DNA of 64,000 nucleotides from Eledone cirrhosa (Eukaryota): positions 136,435,334 through 136,499,333 of the forward strand of contig OZ024744.1 of assembly GCA_964016885.1 (NCBI GenBank), in the 5' to 3' direction. The position numbers and the translations under genes are program-made. The notes below the pieces were generated by a model. The model was given only the letters and a program-made list of their open reading frames with translations, made no database searches and had not been told where the DNA came from. Position 1 is the stretch's first letter, and every line of letters begins with the position of its first letter. Below, in pieces: positions 40,601-53,803 of this stretch.

Positions 40601-42090
40601 ATCTTTGTCAACAGGTTTTTTTTGTGTCCTCTCATATTTGCTGCCAACTTCATATAAGGAAGAATCTTCCAGGAATTTTGGCCGGTTTTTGTAAAAAGTT
40701 TCCACCATGTTCTCATAGAACAAGTCCATTGAGTCTTCACTCAGTTCATCGAGATCATTTTGAGATTTCAATCTGCGGCCGCGCCTACTGGGAATGTCTG
40801 CACCTACCCAAATAACATGATCTGATGACCCGTAAAAATGATGCCCCAAAAGTTTGTCAGCAGCTTCATACCCTCCTGTATCCCTTTTCCCAAGCACTTT
40901 TGTATTTCCCATATTTTGTTTTGGAATGATCCAGATTCGCCCACACTCCCTCAGCCTCATTTTTTTCAGCCTTAGTCTGATAGCAGGTGACATATCTATT
41001 CAAAATCATACTATTCTCACCAATGTATTGCACATCTATATTTGCTTGCCAGGCTAGAAGTAAACATGGATTGTAGTCATTTATGTACTTTTCTGATTCT
41101 TTTCTTTCCAATTGGTACAGGTTTTTTGTCCCATTACCATTTTTTCGTGATTTGATACTTTCAGAAACTGAGAAAAATCGAAATGGCCCCACTGCACGTG
41201 CAAAACCAAAACGGCATTTTTTACGCAAATTTTTCCTCTCCCCACTATTATCCAGCATGCTTTGCCACAAGTATGGACTAGGAACCGTCTAACGAGATTT
41301 GCCAAGTTTGGGCTGGCCACAGGGGATGGTAGCCAGCAAGTAATGCAGCGTTCAATAAATTGCTTGATTTTTTCTTTAGGATCTTTGTCAAAAATTACAC
41401 TGTCCCGAACCCAGGCTTTAAGGTGAATGTGAGGGGCACCACGTTGTTGATACTCGAGTCGCCAAAAGTAATGAATAATTTCCCCAAATGGGCCTTTTTT
41501 ATTTAAAATTACATCATGAAAAACAGCACTAAAACGATGGTGAAAGTACTCACTGACAGCCACAACATCATTTGCACAGAGATTCCCTATCGGCCTTGTT
41601 TCAACATTTGCAATGTCTTTATTGAGTTTTTCCAAAAATTCCCTCAAGCCTGGCCAAAAGTATTCAGCACATGAAAGAGTGATAAACAAATGGGCAGGAC
41701 TGAATTTCTCATCTATGGCATTCAAGTCGGAGCACTTGCGTTCCCAAAATGGCTTTGTTCCACGAACATTCGCCATCATCATTGACAAACCACTTTCCAA
41801 TTGTTCATCATTGGCTTCCAATCTTTTATAAAATTGAGCAAGTGTCAATTTTGGACTTTTGAGTGATTTTATTACGGCATAAATGCCAGAATCTGGTGCT
41901 CTTTTGTCAGCCTTGTCTAAATTGTAGAGAATGTACTGAATGTCTCTACGAAACCGGGGGGTCCTCATGTCTGAGTCTGTTTCTGATGAACATGTATGGC
42001 TTTACTCTACCATGGGGTCTGTTCATGTGCATCATTCCAAATTTTCCTTTAGGGAATAAGTGGGGCAAGCACATCAGATCCAGATTTGAC
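37680..42090 (-). pseudogene. Helitron RepHel transposase (HUH Rep + Pif1 helicase) fused to a C-terminal USP/C19 deubiquitinase domain; N-truncated and frameshifted
   Basis: Rep motifs FITLSCAEY, RLEYQQRGAPHIH and the Y...Y motif (RYVTCYQTK). Helicase motifs SGVGGTGKS, IIIDEISMV, FGDLLQLPPV, TIHKSQG, AYVALSRA. In the same frame follow LQNKENACFANSTLQ, QKCAHDF and IVH..GSTSGGHY. About four frameshifts plus a stop at 38919-38921. Confidence 0.93.
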
Positions 42091-42476
42091 TAATGTAATC
42101 ACAATCACAAGAGTTCCGCCGAAAAAAATTTGTCATTTCTGGATGGCCCTGTAGAGAGAGAGAGACTCGTAATTATCTCCCCTTGTTATCTCGGGCCGAT
42201 TCTCATCTCATAGATGCATCAAATGCACACAGCGTCACGCTTACTACTCACTCACTTGAACACAGGATTTATCAGCAAACTTTGATTATAAACTTTTTCC
42301 CGCTGGACCAAATTTTTAGATTTTTAAGCCAAAAGATGCATAATGATCTATAATGCTCATATAAGTTTTATCTCAGTTAAATAAAGTAGAGCCGCGCTGT
42401 ACTGTCGTAAACAGACGATTGCCAACGAAAACACGACCACAACAATATTACTAAACGGACTACCTTCCGTTTAGGA

Positions 42477-43039
42477 TATATACTAGTGTATTTTCACAGT
42501 AAAGGCTTTACCTCACATAATATCTCACATAACATTTACATTACTCTATATATACTATTGTATTTTCACAGTAAAGGCTTTACCTCACATAATATCTCAC
42601 ATAACATTTACATTACTCTATATATACTATTGTATTTTCATGGTAAAGGGTTTACCTCACATAATATCTCACATAACATTTACATTACTCTATATATACT
42701 ATTGTATTTTCACAGTAAAGGCTTTACCTCACATAATATCTCACATAACATTTACATTACTCTATATATACTATTGTATTTTCACAGTAAAGGCTTTACC
42801 TCACATAATATCTCACATAACATTTACATTACTCTATATATACTATTGTATTTTCATGGTAAAGGGTTTACCTCACATAATATCTCACATAACATTTACA
42901 TTACTCTATATATACTATTGTATTTTCACAGTAAAGGCTTTACCTCACATAATATCTCGCATAACATTTACATTACTCTATATATACTATTGTATTTTCA
43001 CAGTAAAGGCTTTACCTCACATAATATCTCACATAACAT
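42477..43039. repeat. 72-bp tandem repeat, ~8 copies (resumes at 48594-48660 after the LINE)
   Basis: Unit TATTTTCACAGTAAAGGCTTTACCTCACATAATATCTCACATAACATTTACATTACTCTATATATACTATTG. Confidence 0.95.
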
Positions 43040-43571
43040 CTCGTATACGAGAGACGTGTGTGAACAAGCTCGGCTACCGAGTTGGATTTACTTACTCAAA
43101 AGTGAGTTTTGATTAATTTTTTTATACTGTAATATACGTTAACCCCTTGCCTTGGTCGTCAAACTTTGAGTTTATTTATTTTCGCCCCTTTTTGGGGCGA
43201 ATTTTCCTTTTAAAAATTTATTATGGCAAACTGATAGAAATGGACGGAATTTTCACATCTCATCTTAACGAGAAAGCCACGCCCCCTAAGAAAGGTGATA
43301 CAGAGAAGCTAGAAGCACAATGCTCTAAGTCTTCCCTCCTCACTTCTGCAAATTAAAAGAAACATTTGTAAAAATGGGTGAAAACCCAGAAAGTCACATA
43401 AACGCAGACAAAAACAACAATGACAATAACAGCAATAGTCACAACACCAACCAAGGAAAAAATAACGATAACACCAAACAAAGCGAACCCACTACTGGTG
43501 CCTCCTTTGCACAGGCGGTCCGGAAAACATAGACCTGCAAGCAACTGGTCATTACAACTCTGAGAGAAAAG

Positions 43572-44400
43572 ATGAAGGAAGCAAAACAGTATGTAACTTT
43601 CAAAGAAGGAGGAGACTTCACAATCACCTCCCCACAAGAAATCAAAAGAGACGCGACACTAAGAACGATATCTTTCAGAACAATTTCCAACATAACAAGG
43701 AAACCAACTCAATTATCCCAAAAAGAGATTGAGCTGGTCCTAAAAAATGTGTGGAGTGATATATCGTTCATACAAAAAGGGCCACTCTATGGGAATATAA
43801 CGGTGCTAATGAAAGATCAATTGACGGCCAGGAAATACTCTGTGGCGCCAATTGTTTCCAAGCTGCACACATTTTTCCCCACATATTTGGGGAAAAGAAC
43901 GCAGAAAATAAGAGTCTCCGGAATCCGGCCAAATGCATGCATTTCCTGGGTACTAACAGGATTTTTAGAAGATGAGGACGGAATCCTCAGTAGGAGAAGT
44001 CACCACAGACGTTTTCGGCGGTTTGAGCGTGGAGGTTCTGGTCCAAATGAGACCAGAACGAATAGCTAGAATACCACAGAGGGCGTCCCTCGATGGAGAA
44101 ACATTTATATACATTTCAGCCGAGGGTAGGAGGCCCATATGTTACTACTGTTCAAGCAGGGGTCATCTAAGGGCTGCCTGTCCTCAATTGACAAAAAAAA
44201 AAGGCTCTTTTGCCTACACACCGCCACCACCACCACCACCACCACCACCACCACCACAACAACAACAACAAAAACAACACGGAAAAATAACACAAGACAC
44301 GGCCCCACCCAAAACAACTCCAAAAACACACAAACACAACAAAACCCCAAAATACACCACTCCCCGACAGCACGGACGAGGACCCAGCTGAAACGGCACC
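43572..44400 (+). pseudogene. LINE ORF1 (gag-like, zinc knuckle), frameshifted
   Basis: RRPICYYCSSRGHLRAACP CCHC motif, split over ORFs 43572-44069 and 43972-44391. Confidence 0.75.
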
Positions 44401-44963
44401 TAGTGACGAAGATGGGGGACCCTTCCAACCTGTAAAAAGGAAAAAAAGAAAGCACCACTCGAACATAAACGAAACAAACACACAACCACCAACAAAAACA
44501 AAACAAACAGAACAAACAAAATCCGCCCCACCCCAAAACATAACACATACAACAAAACGCAAGCACACATAAGAACAACAAACAAATACAACACAAATAA
44601 AACAGTATACATACATTAACACAAATAACAAAGAACTAGTAAAAACAATACACAAAGACCCTTCGGTGGAAACTGAAGGGCAATTCTTTGCAAGCGCGGC
44701 CAACAAACCGCATTTAAAAATGATAAGACTCCCAATGGACACCTATGCAAAACTAAGAGAACTTTCCTGAGGACGTGGGGAAAACATGTACTCGACCCTA
44801 TAACCGCGTCCTCTTGAAACGTTTCCCCACCCACACCTCACCAAACACCCCCACCCCACCACAGAACAACACCCCACCAAACAAGCCCTCCAATACGCCC
44901 ACGGATATTGTGCAACCTGCTCCTCAGGAGCCGAACAGGTAGGTCCTTCCTCTTTTAACCAAC

Positions 44964-47900
44964 ATGGCTGATATAAGAGTTGGGTGTCTGAATATACGTG
45001 GCCTGGGACTGTCTTGGAAACAAGGCAAACTTTTAAACGATCTCAGGTCGCATAGAATGGATGTAATGGCTATTTGCGAGCGCCAACTGGCGCCCCTCTT
45101 CGACGACTTAGATCTTCGCATCTCTCTGTCAACCGGGGGGTGGGGGTGGAGTTGTCGTTCTGCTGCGAAAACACCTGGGCCTCGCCATACAGAAGGTGCA
45201 CCTGGACCCGGAGGGTCGACTGGTGGTTTTAGACGTCAGCAGGAGTGAAAGTGGAGCCCTTAGACTAATTGCTATTTGGGCAGCGCGGCCGTAATACATC
45301 CAACGTCTGGAAACTTTTCTGGGAACGTCCCGCTCCTTGCTTTTAGTGGGGGACTGGAATGGTATCCTGGATGCACGTTGGGACTATGTAGGGGCATGTG
45401 CCAACAGAGGGGCGTGTAAAAGCCTCAAAAGGTTAATCGGCCGATTTGACCTGGCCGATAGATATCGACTAGATTTTCCGACTGTACGACTATGGACGTG
45501 GACCAATCGCAGCGGAACATCTAGGTCGTACCTAGATAGGGTCCTAGTTAGAGAGAAGGATAGGGACACATTTAGCTGTCCAAAAATGTTCATGGTTGAC
45601 TATTCGGATCACAAGTTAGTGACCTGCATAGCCAACCTTGATATAACCCATAGATAGGGACCCGGTTACTGGAAGCTGAACTTGTCCTTACCGACAAGCA
45701 AAGCTAACAGTAAACGGATTAGCACGTTAGTTAAGCAGAGTTTGACAGGGGCAATTGTCAACAACAGGTGGTGGAGCTCTCTTAAGAGAGCAATTAGAAT
45801 AGAATCGATAGGTTTTAGTCAGGAATTAGCAAGGGATAGGAACAAGACGGAAAGGGAATTAGTAGATAGAGTAGAAGAGGCGATTAGGAGTGGCAATGTA
45901 GCCAGCGTGCTGGCATCAAGAATGGCCTTAGACCAGTTCTTTGAGGTGAAGCATGAAGGCTGCGTTGTCAGGAGTAAAATACGTGCTCTGGGAGCCAAAG
46001 CTGTTAGCTGGGCCCGAGTGACAGAGGCAAAAAGTGGGAACACGTCCACGATTCGGTCTTTGAAGGACTAGGATGGGCGTGTGATCCTTGAACCTGGGCA
46101 GATGTGTGCGCCCTTTCAGCGGCACTTTGCACGACTGTTCGAGAGGGGCGGCGCGCTGGGTGAGAGTATGGATTTCAATCCATACCTCGACGGTCTGCCG
46201 CGCCTCTCGGACGCGGAGGCGAAGTCCTGCGAAAGGACGATTTCAGCTGCTGAGATAGGGGCGGCGCTGAGCCAATGCTGCAAACGCAAATCCCCGGGTC
46301 TCGATGGTCTACCATACGAGCTATATGTAGCGATGCCGGACTTGTTCTCCGATATCCTCGAAGCGGTCTACTGCAACTGGCAGCAGAACGGGAGAATTCC
46401 CAGTTCTGTGACCAAGGGCGTAGTTACGCTGGTGAGGAAGGATGAGAACAAGGGGGATGACATAAGTAACTTCAGGCCCATAACTCTGCTAAATACAGAG
46501 TTAAAGATTTTGGCCAAGGTGTTAGCGAAGAGGTTGGCGCTTGTCGTCGGAAACCTGGTGGGAGAAGCGCAGACATGCGCAATCCCGTCCAGGTCCATTC
46601 ACGACAATCTCTACCTTATGCGATACATCATAGACAGGGTAGGGAATGAACCCGGCTTTGGTGGGGCCCTGATCAACTTGGATCAATCTAAAGCTTTCGA
46701 TAGGGTTGACCATCGTTACCTGGATGCGGTGCTCGCGGCAGCAGACGTCGGACCCGTTTTCAGGGGTTGGATTGCTGCGATGCACAGCAGCAACGTCTGC
46801 TCAAGGGTCAAGGTGAACGGCCACCTTTCGGAGCCGTTCCAAATCATGCGATCCATCCGACAGGGATGCCCTCTCTCCTCCCTTCTGTATGTGCTGACTC
46901 TTGAGCCACTACTGCGGAAGTTGGAGCGGTTGCAGGGCATCCCTTTGGAACCGGGATTGCAGAAAGCGGCGTCGGCCTACGCCGATGACGTGACAGTAAT
47001 GGTGTTGAAAACCTCACAAATCGGTGAGATCGGCACCTTACTGGAGGAATATGAAAGGTTTACAGGCGCCAAGCTGAACCGGGACAAGTCCGTCGGTTTG
47101 CAACTCGGAACATGGAGAGGCAAACCGATGCCCTCCAACGACGTCGTCGGACACTGGTCGGAGGGCCTGGTGAAGCTGCTTGGGGTCTGGTTAGGACCAG
47201 ACCTCCAGGTGGAGAAAAACTGGAACGAGGTAACGGCCAGGGTGTTTGCACTCACCCAGAAGTGGGCCCAGTGCAAACTATCCCTGAAAGGTCGAGCGGA
47301 GGTGGCGATACTTATATAGCATCTGTCATCTACTACCACTTGACCGTCGTGCCTTGCCCAGTGAAAAGACTCGCCAAAATGGAGTGCGCGCTGTTCCAAT
47401 TTCTTTTGAACAAGCGGACCCCTTTGGTGAGGAGATCCATCTGCTGTCAACACCCTTCGAAAGGAGGGCTGGGGATGCCGTGGCTACAGATGCGTAAACA
47501 CGCATTAAGGCTACGGCACCTCCAGGTATTCCTCACCGGTCAACCGGTGTGGGCCCCGTTTGTGAGGCGAGCCTTTCCCAGACTTGTCTCGCTCACCGAG
47601 CTGCAATCCTGGGTCAAGCAAAGACCGAGAAAAGTGGGCGACTGGCACATTGAATGTGCCCAGGCGCTCACGGCCCTCTGGAAAGCGGACCCGGCAATCA
47701 GTGGACTCCACCTCGACATTCTATAGAGGGTTGGTACGCAGCAGGTGCGACGATGCTCTCGGAGAAGCTCTAGGCATGGAGGAAGATGAACTGGCCAGTC
47801 TGTTCGGTAGGACGTTTGGCCCTGAACCGATGGACAACTTCCAAAAGTCCCTGGCTTGGCAGTGCTACCGAGGGGCTCTACCCGTTCGAGACAAGCTCCA

Positions 47901-48356
47901 CAGGCATGGGGGCCTGGGTAGGGATCCTTTGAATAAGATCTGTCCGAGATGCGTGCATGACGACGAAACCGTTGCGCACGCATTCGTACACTGCCCAGTC
48001 ATTGCCGATCTGTGGGGCTATGTGGAACGACTACTGTCGAGGGTGGGACCAATCCGGTTGACCACCGAGTCCATTGTCACGATCAAACCGCCTCCCCCTT
48101 TCAAAAACGAAGGAGAGGCGGTTTTTCTCTGTGTGATAGCCATGGCTAAGAAGTTGTATGGTGGACGAGGCTGAAAGGGCTGAGGTCAGACACCTTTCTC
48201 TCCGGCCAACAACTGGTCCCCTTTTTCAAATACCATTTTAAAAGAAGGATCAGAATGGAGAGAGAGGTGCTCTACCCCAGCAAGTTTTATGAAAGGTGGG
48301 TGAAAGTAGGGAGAATGGCCAGAGTGAATGGGTCTTCTCTCTATATCAGCCTGTAG
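44964..48356 (+). pseudogene. LINE ORF2: AP endonuclease, reverse transcriptase, zf-RVT; disrupted
   Basis: CLNIRGL, LVGDWN, SYLDR, SDHKLV; KSPGLDG, FRPITLLN, DQSKAFD, RQGCPLS, AYADD; CPRC...ETVAHAFVHC. Several stops and frameshifts. Confidence 0.93.
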
Positions 48357-48797
48357 GTGAAAGAAGAGGAAAAAGAGGAGACGAGGGAAGCACCTACTCT
48401 TTGTGCTCCTGAGGAGAAGGGTTGCACATTTTTTCCGGGGTGTGTGCGACCCATGTTAATGCCCCCTCCCTATTGAGGACTTCGTTTGTTGTTGTTATTT
48501 CATTGTTATATTTTTGTACTCGTTAATTATATGTAAACTTCCCCCCTTGTATCTGTCCCTACCTTTTGTGCCCTAGTGGCAAATAAAGAAACCACTCTAT
48601 ATATACTATTGTATTTTCACTGTAAAGGCTTTACCTCACACAATATCTCACATAATATCGAATCTATGAGTATTTATTTTGAGAACAATACTATAACATC
48701 AGTATGAGCGACCAGTTACAGCCAGTTTCGCCAGAAAGAGGTAGAGAATTCTGGCCGGTTTGAACATTAAAGGGTTAATGTTTTCTTTCGTTGACAG

Positions 48798-48923
48798 TTT
48801 GATGAGATCAGTACGGAACTGGAAGAACAACGGGAGTTTGCTACCACTCGACTTAGTGAATTGGAGAAACTCAGCAAGGACCACCACGAGGCACTGAAGG
48901 AAATTGAACAACTTAGGATGGAT
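48798..48923 (+). CDS. Bre1: Single internal exon of E3 ubiquitin ligase BRE1 (RNF20/RNF40 family), phase 0-0
   Basis: TTTTCTTTCGTTGACAG|...|GTAAGT. 42 codons FDEISTELEEQREFATTRLSELEKLSKDHHEALKEIEQLRMD match my recollection of the Bre1 coiled-coil segment (ELEE.RELA..RL.EL.KL...H.E.LKE.EKLKMD). Confidence 0.75.
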
Positions 48924-51170
48924 GTAAGTATAATTGTTTCTATGTTTGGTACAAGGCCAGCAATAACTCGGTACATTACTGGTACTTTATTTTGGAAGTA
49001 TCTGTTAGAACACGAAAAGTGTGAAACAACAGAATGTTCACTTTTCGTGTTCTAACATATATGCCTAGCTTCTTTAAAAATTTTTCGGGGATAGCCGTGG
49101 TGGTGGTGATCGTATGTCATTGGCTAATTTTCAACCAATCAGAGTACCTCTCTCTATATCTCTTCCACTGTTACTTACGCCTGTTTCTCTCTATCTGTTC
49201 CGTCTCTATATCTGTTAGAACACGAAAAGTGTGAAACACAGAATGTTCACTTTTCGTGTTCTAACATATATGCCTAGCTTCTTTAAAAATTTTTCGGGGA
49301 TAGCCGTGGTGGTGGTGATCGTATGTCATTGGCTAATTTTCAACCAATCAGAGTACCTCTCTCTATATCTCTTCCACTGTTACTTACGCCTGTTTCTCTC
49401 TATCTGTTCCGTCTCTATATATATCTCTTACTCTTTCGCTTTGCACTCCTCCCCTTCAATACCATCTCTCCCCCTCTCTATATATTTGTTACTCTATCGC
49501 TGCACGCTCCTCTCCTTCAATATATCAATTACACACGCTTTACACTCCTTTATCCCCAGCGCCCCTATATATACACCCCCCTCTCCCGCATCTATATTTT
49601 AATGTACCGTTGCACCGTGAATATATGTGTCTATATATATATACATATATATTGTATATACACATTCATGTATGTGTATACACATTCATGTATGTATATA
49701 CACTGGTTTTATGTGTGTATTGTAAATTTGTACTGTTAAAACACGAAACTAACATTCGATTGACACTTTGATTACCTGTACAGGCAATAGTTATTAGAAT
49801 GCTGTTGAAGTGTGTATATATTTTTGGGGGACATCCTGTATATACACACATTATATATAATACAATAAACAGATAAATACACACATATATATACTAGACA
49901 TGAAAAATGCGCAAGCTCAAAAGTGCCACAGAATGTTATAATAAACCTTCAAAAGTGTGGGACTAGAGTTGTTGCTAAAAAATATTGTAATCATTATATA
50001 TCGTACATTCTGTGGCATCCTTTATAAAAATAGCTTAAACCAACGAAGCCTTTATTTTTACGCTATTTCACTTAGTTAATTCTTAGAGTGTAACATATAA
50101 AAATATGATTTACAACTATAAAATAAATTAATTAATATAATAACAGAGCTGCGGAGCTGAAATTTAGGAAATAATGGAGTATCGGATCCTGAGTTGGAGC
50201 CAGTCAATTTTTGGCCGACTCTGCAGCCCTGTATAATACATTTCATATTAAAGTTATTAATAAACCTATTTTACACTTCATGCAAATTACCATGAGATAT
50301 TGATATTAGATATAAGATACAGCGCAATATCTACAGCTGTAAAAGTACGAAAGCGAAGTAATAATAAGTGGCTTAAGGTAATTCCAATATGAAAGTTTGT
50401 AGTGATAAAAATTTGATAATGCAATACGATTGTTAAAATTATAGTTCTATGAAAATGTAACAATAGATAACTAAATTATTTTACTATTAGTATATTTAAG
50501 AAATTATCATTATAGATTTGATCGTTCATATAAGCATCATATTAAGTTTCAACACAATTATTTTGTTACTATGAGTATATGATAATAATATTACGTAATT
50601 ATTTATAGCTGTTATTACATTAAACATAGATGTATTTATTTTTATATGTTACACTCTAAGAATTAACTAAGTGAAATAGCGTAAAAATAAAGGCTTCGTT
50701 GGTTTAAGCTATTTTTATAAAGGATGCCACAGAATGTACGATATATAATGATTACAATATTTTTTAGCAACAACTCTAGTCCCACACTTTTGAAGGTTTA
50801 TTATAACATTCTGTGGCACTTTTGAGCTTGCGCATTTTTCATGTCTAGTTTAATATTTTTTTAAGGCAACGCTTGTAATAACTCTAGTTAAACAGGATAT
50901 ATATTAATAATAAATTATCGTTGTAATGTAATTAGATTATGTAATTGTTATTCTAAATTATCTTATAAATATTAGTGTAAGATGTATAAAAATATTTTCA
51001 GACTTTTAATATAAACAACTACAAAAAACAATCAATATTAAATCAATATATTATACATAATAGAAAACATAAAATAAACAATACAAAAACAAAATATTTA
51101 CATACAATTGCAATTATCAGTGTATATACATTTTCTTTATATTCCCTGAGCAAATTAATAAGATTTGTTT

Positions 51171-53726
51171 TTATTGTACATAATTTGATGACTTGTTGGA
51201 GTGTATTAAAAGATAGCAACAATATATACCAGAATCAATGCCTCTCTTGTCGGCTTTATCAAGACAAAACATGAGATATTGTATATCTCGCCGAAATCTA
51301 GAGTCGCTATGATTCAGTCTGTTTCTTATGAACATGTATGGCTTTACAGCGCCAAACGGTCTATTGTCCACGAAAATGCCAAACTGACCAGTTGGATAAA
51401 GACAAGGAAAGCGCAACAACTCAAGTTTTTTATCATTGTCTGCAATGAAATCGCCTTCCACTCTTTTCATTTTGTACAAAGCCAAGTCAGTGTCTGCAGG
51501 GAGACACGGATTCATGTCTTTAACAGTGTGATGCTCATAGGTAATGCCAGCATTCGATTTAAGTAAAAGATTATCGAATTTGGCATTATTAACTCCCGAG
51601 CACTCGACAATGTTTTCATTTTCCGTATCGGCGTAGCGATTGATCTTAACATCGGCATACATTACATTGTTTGCTGCAAGCCAATCAAGTGCCTTCAATA
51701 CTTTACTCATGTCTACCATTGAACGCCAGATAATTTGTTTCCGCGAAGGCAAGCTATCAACGACTATTTTAAGCATGTCGTCTTGAAGCGCAGGTAACGT
51801 ATCCATGGTGCGGTTAATAGTTCCGTCCATAGGCAAAGGCAAGTGAATTGCAATTCCTTTAATAGCGGAAATGCATGCTGAAATATTGCCTTTGAATGAG
51901 TATGGCACCAGTTTTATTACATTGACGAAACATTTGGCCCGTTGTACAAGTATTCGCTCATATGTATTAAGATCAGCAAGTTCTTTGGGAACGGCAGCAA
52001 CGCCCAAGCCATTTATTGAGGCCATTGAAGGCACCCCACTGTTTCGCAAATGTGTAGTGCATGTTGTGCAGACTGTGCAAGGCAAAGAGTAGTTGGCAGT
52101 TATTGCATCCTTTGCAACGGCCGTTTTAAAATATCTAGAGTTCCAATTATCCCAAACTTTTAGTTCCTTGCTATATTTGCGCATATGACAATGTTGGATT
52201 TTATAGTTGGTAATTTCAGATTGAAATCTTTGAACTTGATTACCATATTTATGAATGACATCTGCATCAGTGTGTTCGACATCATTGAAACCAGTGCACA
52301 TATTATTGAATTTAACTGCAATAGCACGCTCAATGTTGGCAACGTCTGTCAAATTCTCAAAGTTGGTCCAATCGCCATTGAAAACAGCTTCATTGTACTT
52401 GTTGAGCCAAATACATAAGGACCGAACTTTATAAATTTTCCTCAGCAATGTGTGCAACTTTGGCGAGTGAACTGCTATGGATTTTAAAAAGCCAAATTCA
52501 CTGGTGCAGCCAGTTTGACCGATGCAGTGCTGATCATTATCATGAGTAACATTGCAAAACTCATATTTCTCGATCAACTGCCTTATTTCAGCAACTGTCA
52601 TATCGGGATTGAGTTTTGGAAGTTTATCATCAATTCTTTGGCACAAAGTTAGACGAGTAGCTGAGTCATTTGGACATGTATCTAATATGGAAGACCCGCA
52701 AGGTCTAACCAAACATTTAGACACATCATTATCATCATTCTGCTCGTCAGCATTAGCCATGTCATTCACAATGTTGTCTGTCTCCTTATTATTGATAACG
52801 ACTATTCGGACTTTCTCAACGGACTGATTTTTAAACTCATCCATTTTCATGTACTTTGCAGTGCTCTTGTCAAAATTAGGAAGCTCATTGGTGGAACTGT
52901 GATAATGTTGATTTCCCCAATAATGCAACAAACCGTTAGCATTGATCTTTTCCATCAATGTATGCACAGCTTTAACATTTATTTTTAATTGAGCACACAC
53001 AAAATTTCGCATCCCAACAGATCTGGAGAACACACTCAGCACGTGACTATATGCGTCGTTGCGAAGATTGGTATCTGTTATTGTCTTTTTATATGACTTA
53101 ACAAATTGGGACATCAAGATCTGATGCTGCATCCGGAAGTCAACCATTTTATTTAGTTTCTTCATTTGATACAAAGACCGCTTATGAAGAAACTTTTTTT
53201 TATAATATGTTTTCTCATAAGACTGTATATTATCTTTATGGTGAATTTTATACATAGCCTTTGTTTGTAATACTTTGTCTTGATTTGCAGATCTGTACTT
53301 GGTCTGCTCTTTAGCCAACTCGGTACGTTTAGAAGCTCTACGCTCGGCTTGCTTTTGAGATATAATAGCTGAATTTGCAGATCTATACTTGGCCTGCTTG
53401 TTTGCCAACTCATACCGTTTTGAACATCTATACTTGGCCTGTTTTTGTGTTAATTTAGCAAAATTCACAGCTCTATAATCGGCCTGTTTTTGTCTCAACT
53501 TCTCCCGATTCCGCATCCGGTAAGCTGCTTTCACATCCAATTTAATATGCCCATCTAGATTATTAGCACAGGAATGTGAACAAGCTTGTGGGACCGCATC
53601 ATTGTAAGTATATGAACTGCCTGCAACATCAAGACCCAATTCACAAGTGCAGCGTTGCTCATTCACATCGGCAGTGGGGACACCAAAATCAGTGACAGGT
53701 CTCGATTCACTCGCGAGATACATCAC
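51171..53726 (-). CDS. N-terminal 851-aa portion of a Helitron RepHel (DUF6570-like and start of Helitron_like_N), C-terminally truncated
   Basis: CxxC then GLGVAAVPKELADLNTYERILVQR...KGIAIHLP, VLKALDWLAANNVMY, FPCLYPTGQFG, RFRRDIQY. Homology stops at DSGIY (~51224), where family B non-coding sequence resumes. Basic KQAKYRSAN repeats lie near the N-terminus. Confidence 0.88.
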   Translation of the reverse strand: MMYLASESRPVTDFGVPTADVNEQRCTCELGLDVAGSSYTYNDAVPQACSHSCANNLDGHIKLDVKAAYRMRNREKLRQKQADYRAVNFAKLTQKQAKYRCSKRYELANKQAKYRSANSAIISQKQAERRASKRTELAKEQTKYRSANQDKVLQTKAMYKIHHKDNIQSYEKTYYKKKFLHKRSLYQMKKLNKMVDFRMQHQILMSQFVKSYKKTITDTNLRNDAYSHVLSVFSRSVGMRNFVCAQLKINVKAVHTLMEKINANGLLHYWGNQHYHSSTNELPNFDKSTAKYMKMDEFKNQSVEKVRIVVINNKETDNIVNDMANADEQNDDNDVSKCLVRPCGSSILDTCPNDSATRLTLCQRIDDKLPKLNPDMTVAEIRQLIEKYEFCNVTHDNDQHCIGQTGCTSEFGFLKSIAVHSPKLHTLLRKIYKVRSLCIWLNKYNEAVFNGDWTNFENLTDVANIERAIAVKFNNMCTGFNDVEHTDADVIHKYGNQVQRFQSEITNYKIQHCHMRKYSKELKVWDNWNSRYFKTAVAKDAITANYSLPCTVCTTCTTHLRNSGVPSMASINGLGVAAVPKELADLNTYERILVQRAKCFVNVIKLVPYSFKGNISACISAIKGIAIHLPLPMDGTINRTMDTLPALQDDMLKIVVDSLPSRKQIIWRSMVDMSKVLKALDWLAANNVMYADVKINRYADTENENIVECSGVNNAKFDNLLLKSNAGITYEHHTVKDMNPCLPADTDLALYKMKRVEGDFIADNDKKLELLRFPCLYPTGQFGIFVDNRPFGAVKPYMFIRNRLNHSDSRFRRDIQYLMFCLDKADKRGIDSGIYCCYLLIHSNKSSNYVQ

Positions 53727-53803
53727 AGCTACACTATATATTTAAACATATATACAGTGATACCTCGCTACTTGGCGGTTCATACGCTATATATATATAT
53801 ATA

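Larger units (their letters stand above)
43040..48593 (+). mobile_element. Near full-length, decayed L1/Tx1-clade non-LTR retrotransposon inserted in the 72-bp repeat
   Basis: ORF1 with CCHC knuckle, ORF2 with APE-RT-zinc finger, and 3' AATAAA. The repeat resumes immediately afterwards. Confidence 0.9.

Noticed and set aside
42486-43116. Repetitive 208-aa and 158-aa ORFs
   Set aside because: Translation of the 72-bp tandem repeat.
41081-53726. One RepHel gene split by insertions
   Set aside because: The two parts overlap by ~70 diverged residues and lie in elements with different termini.
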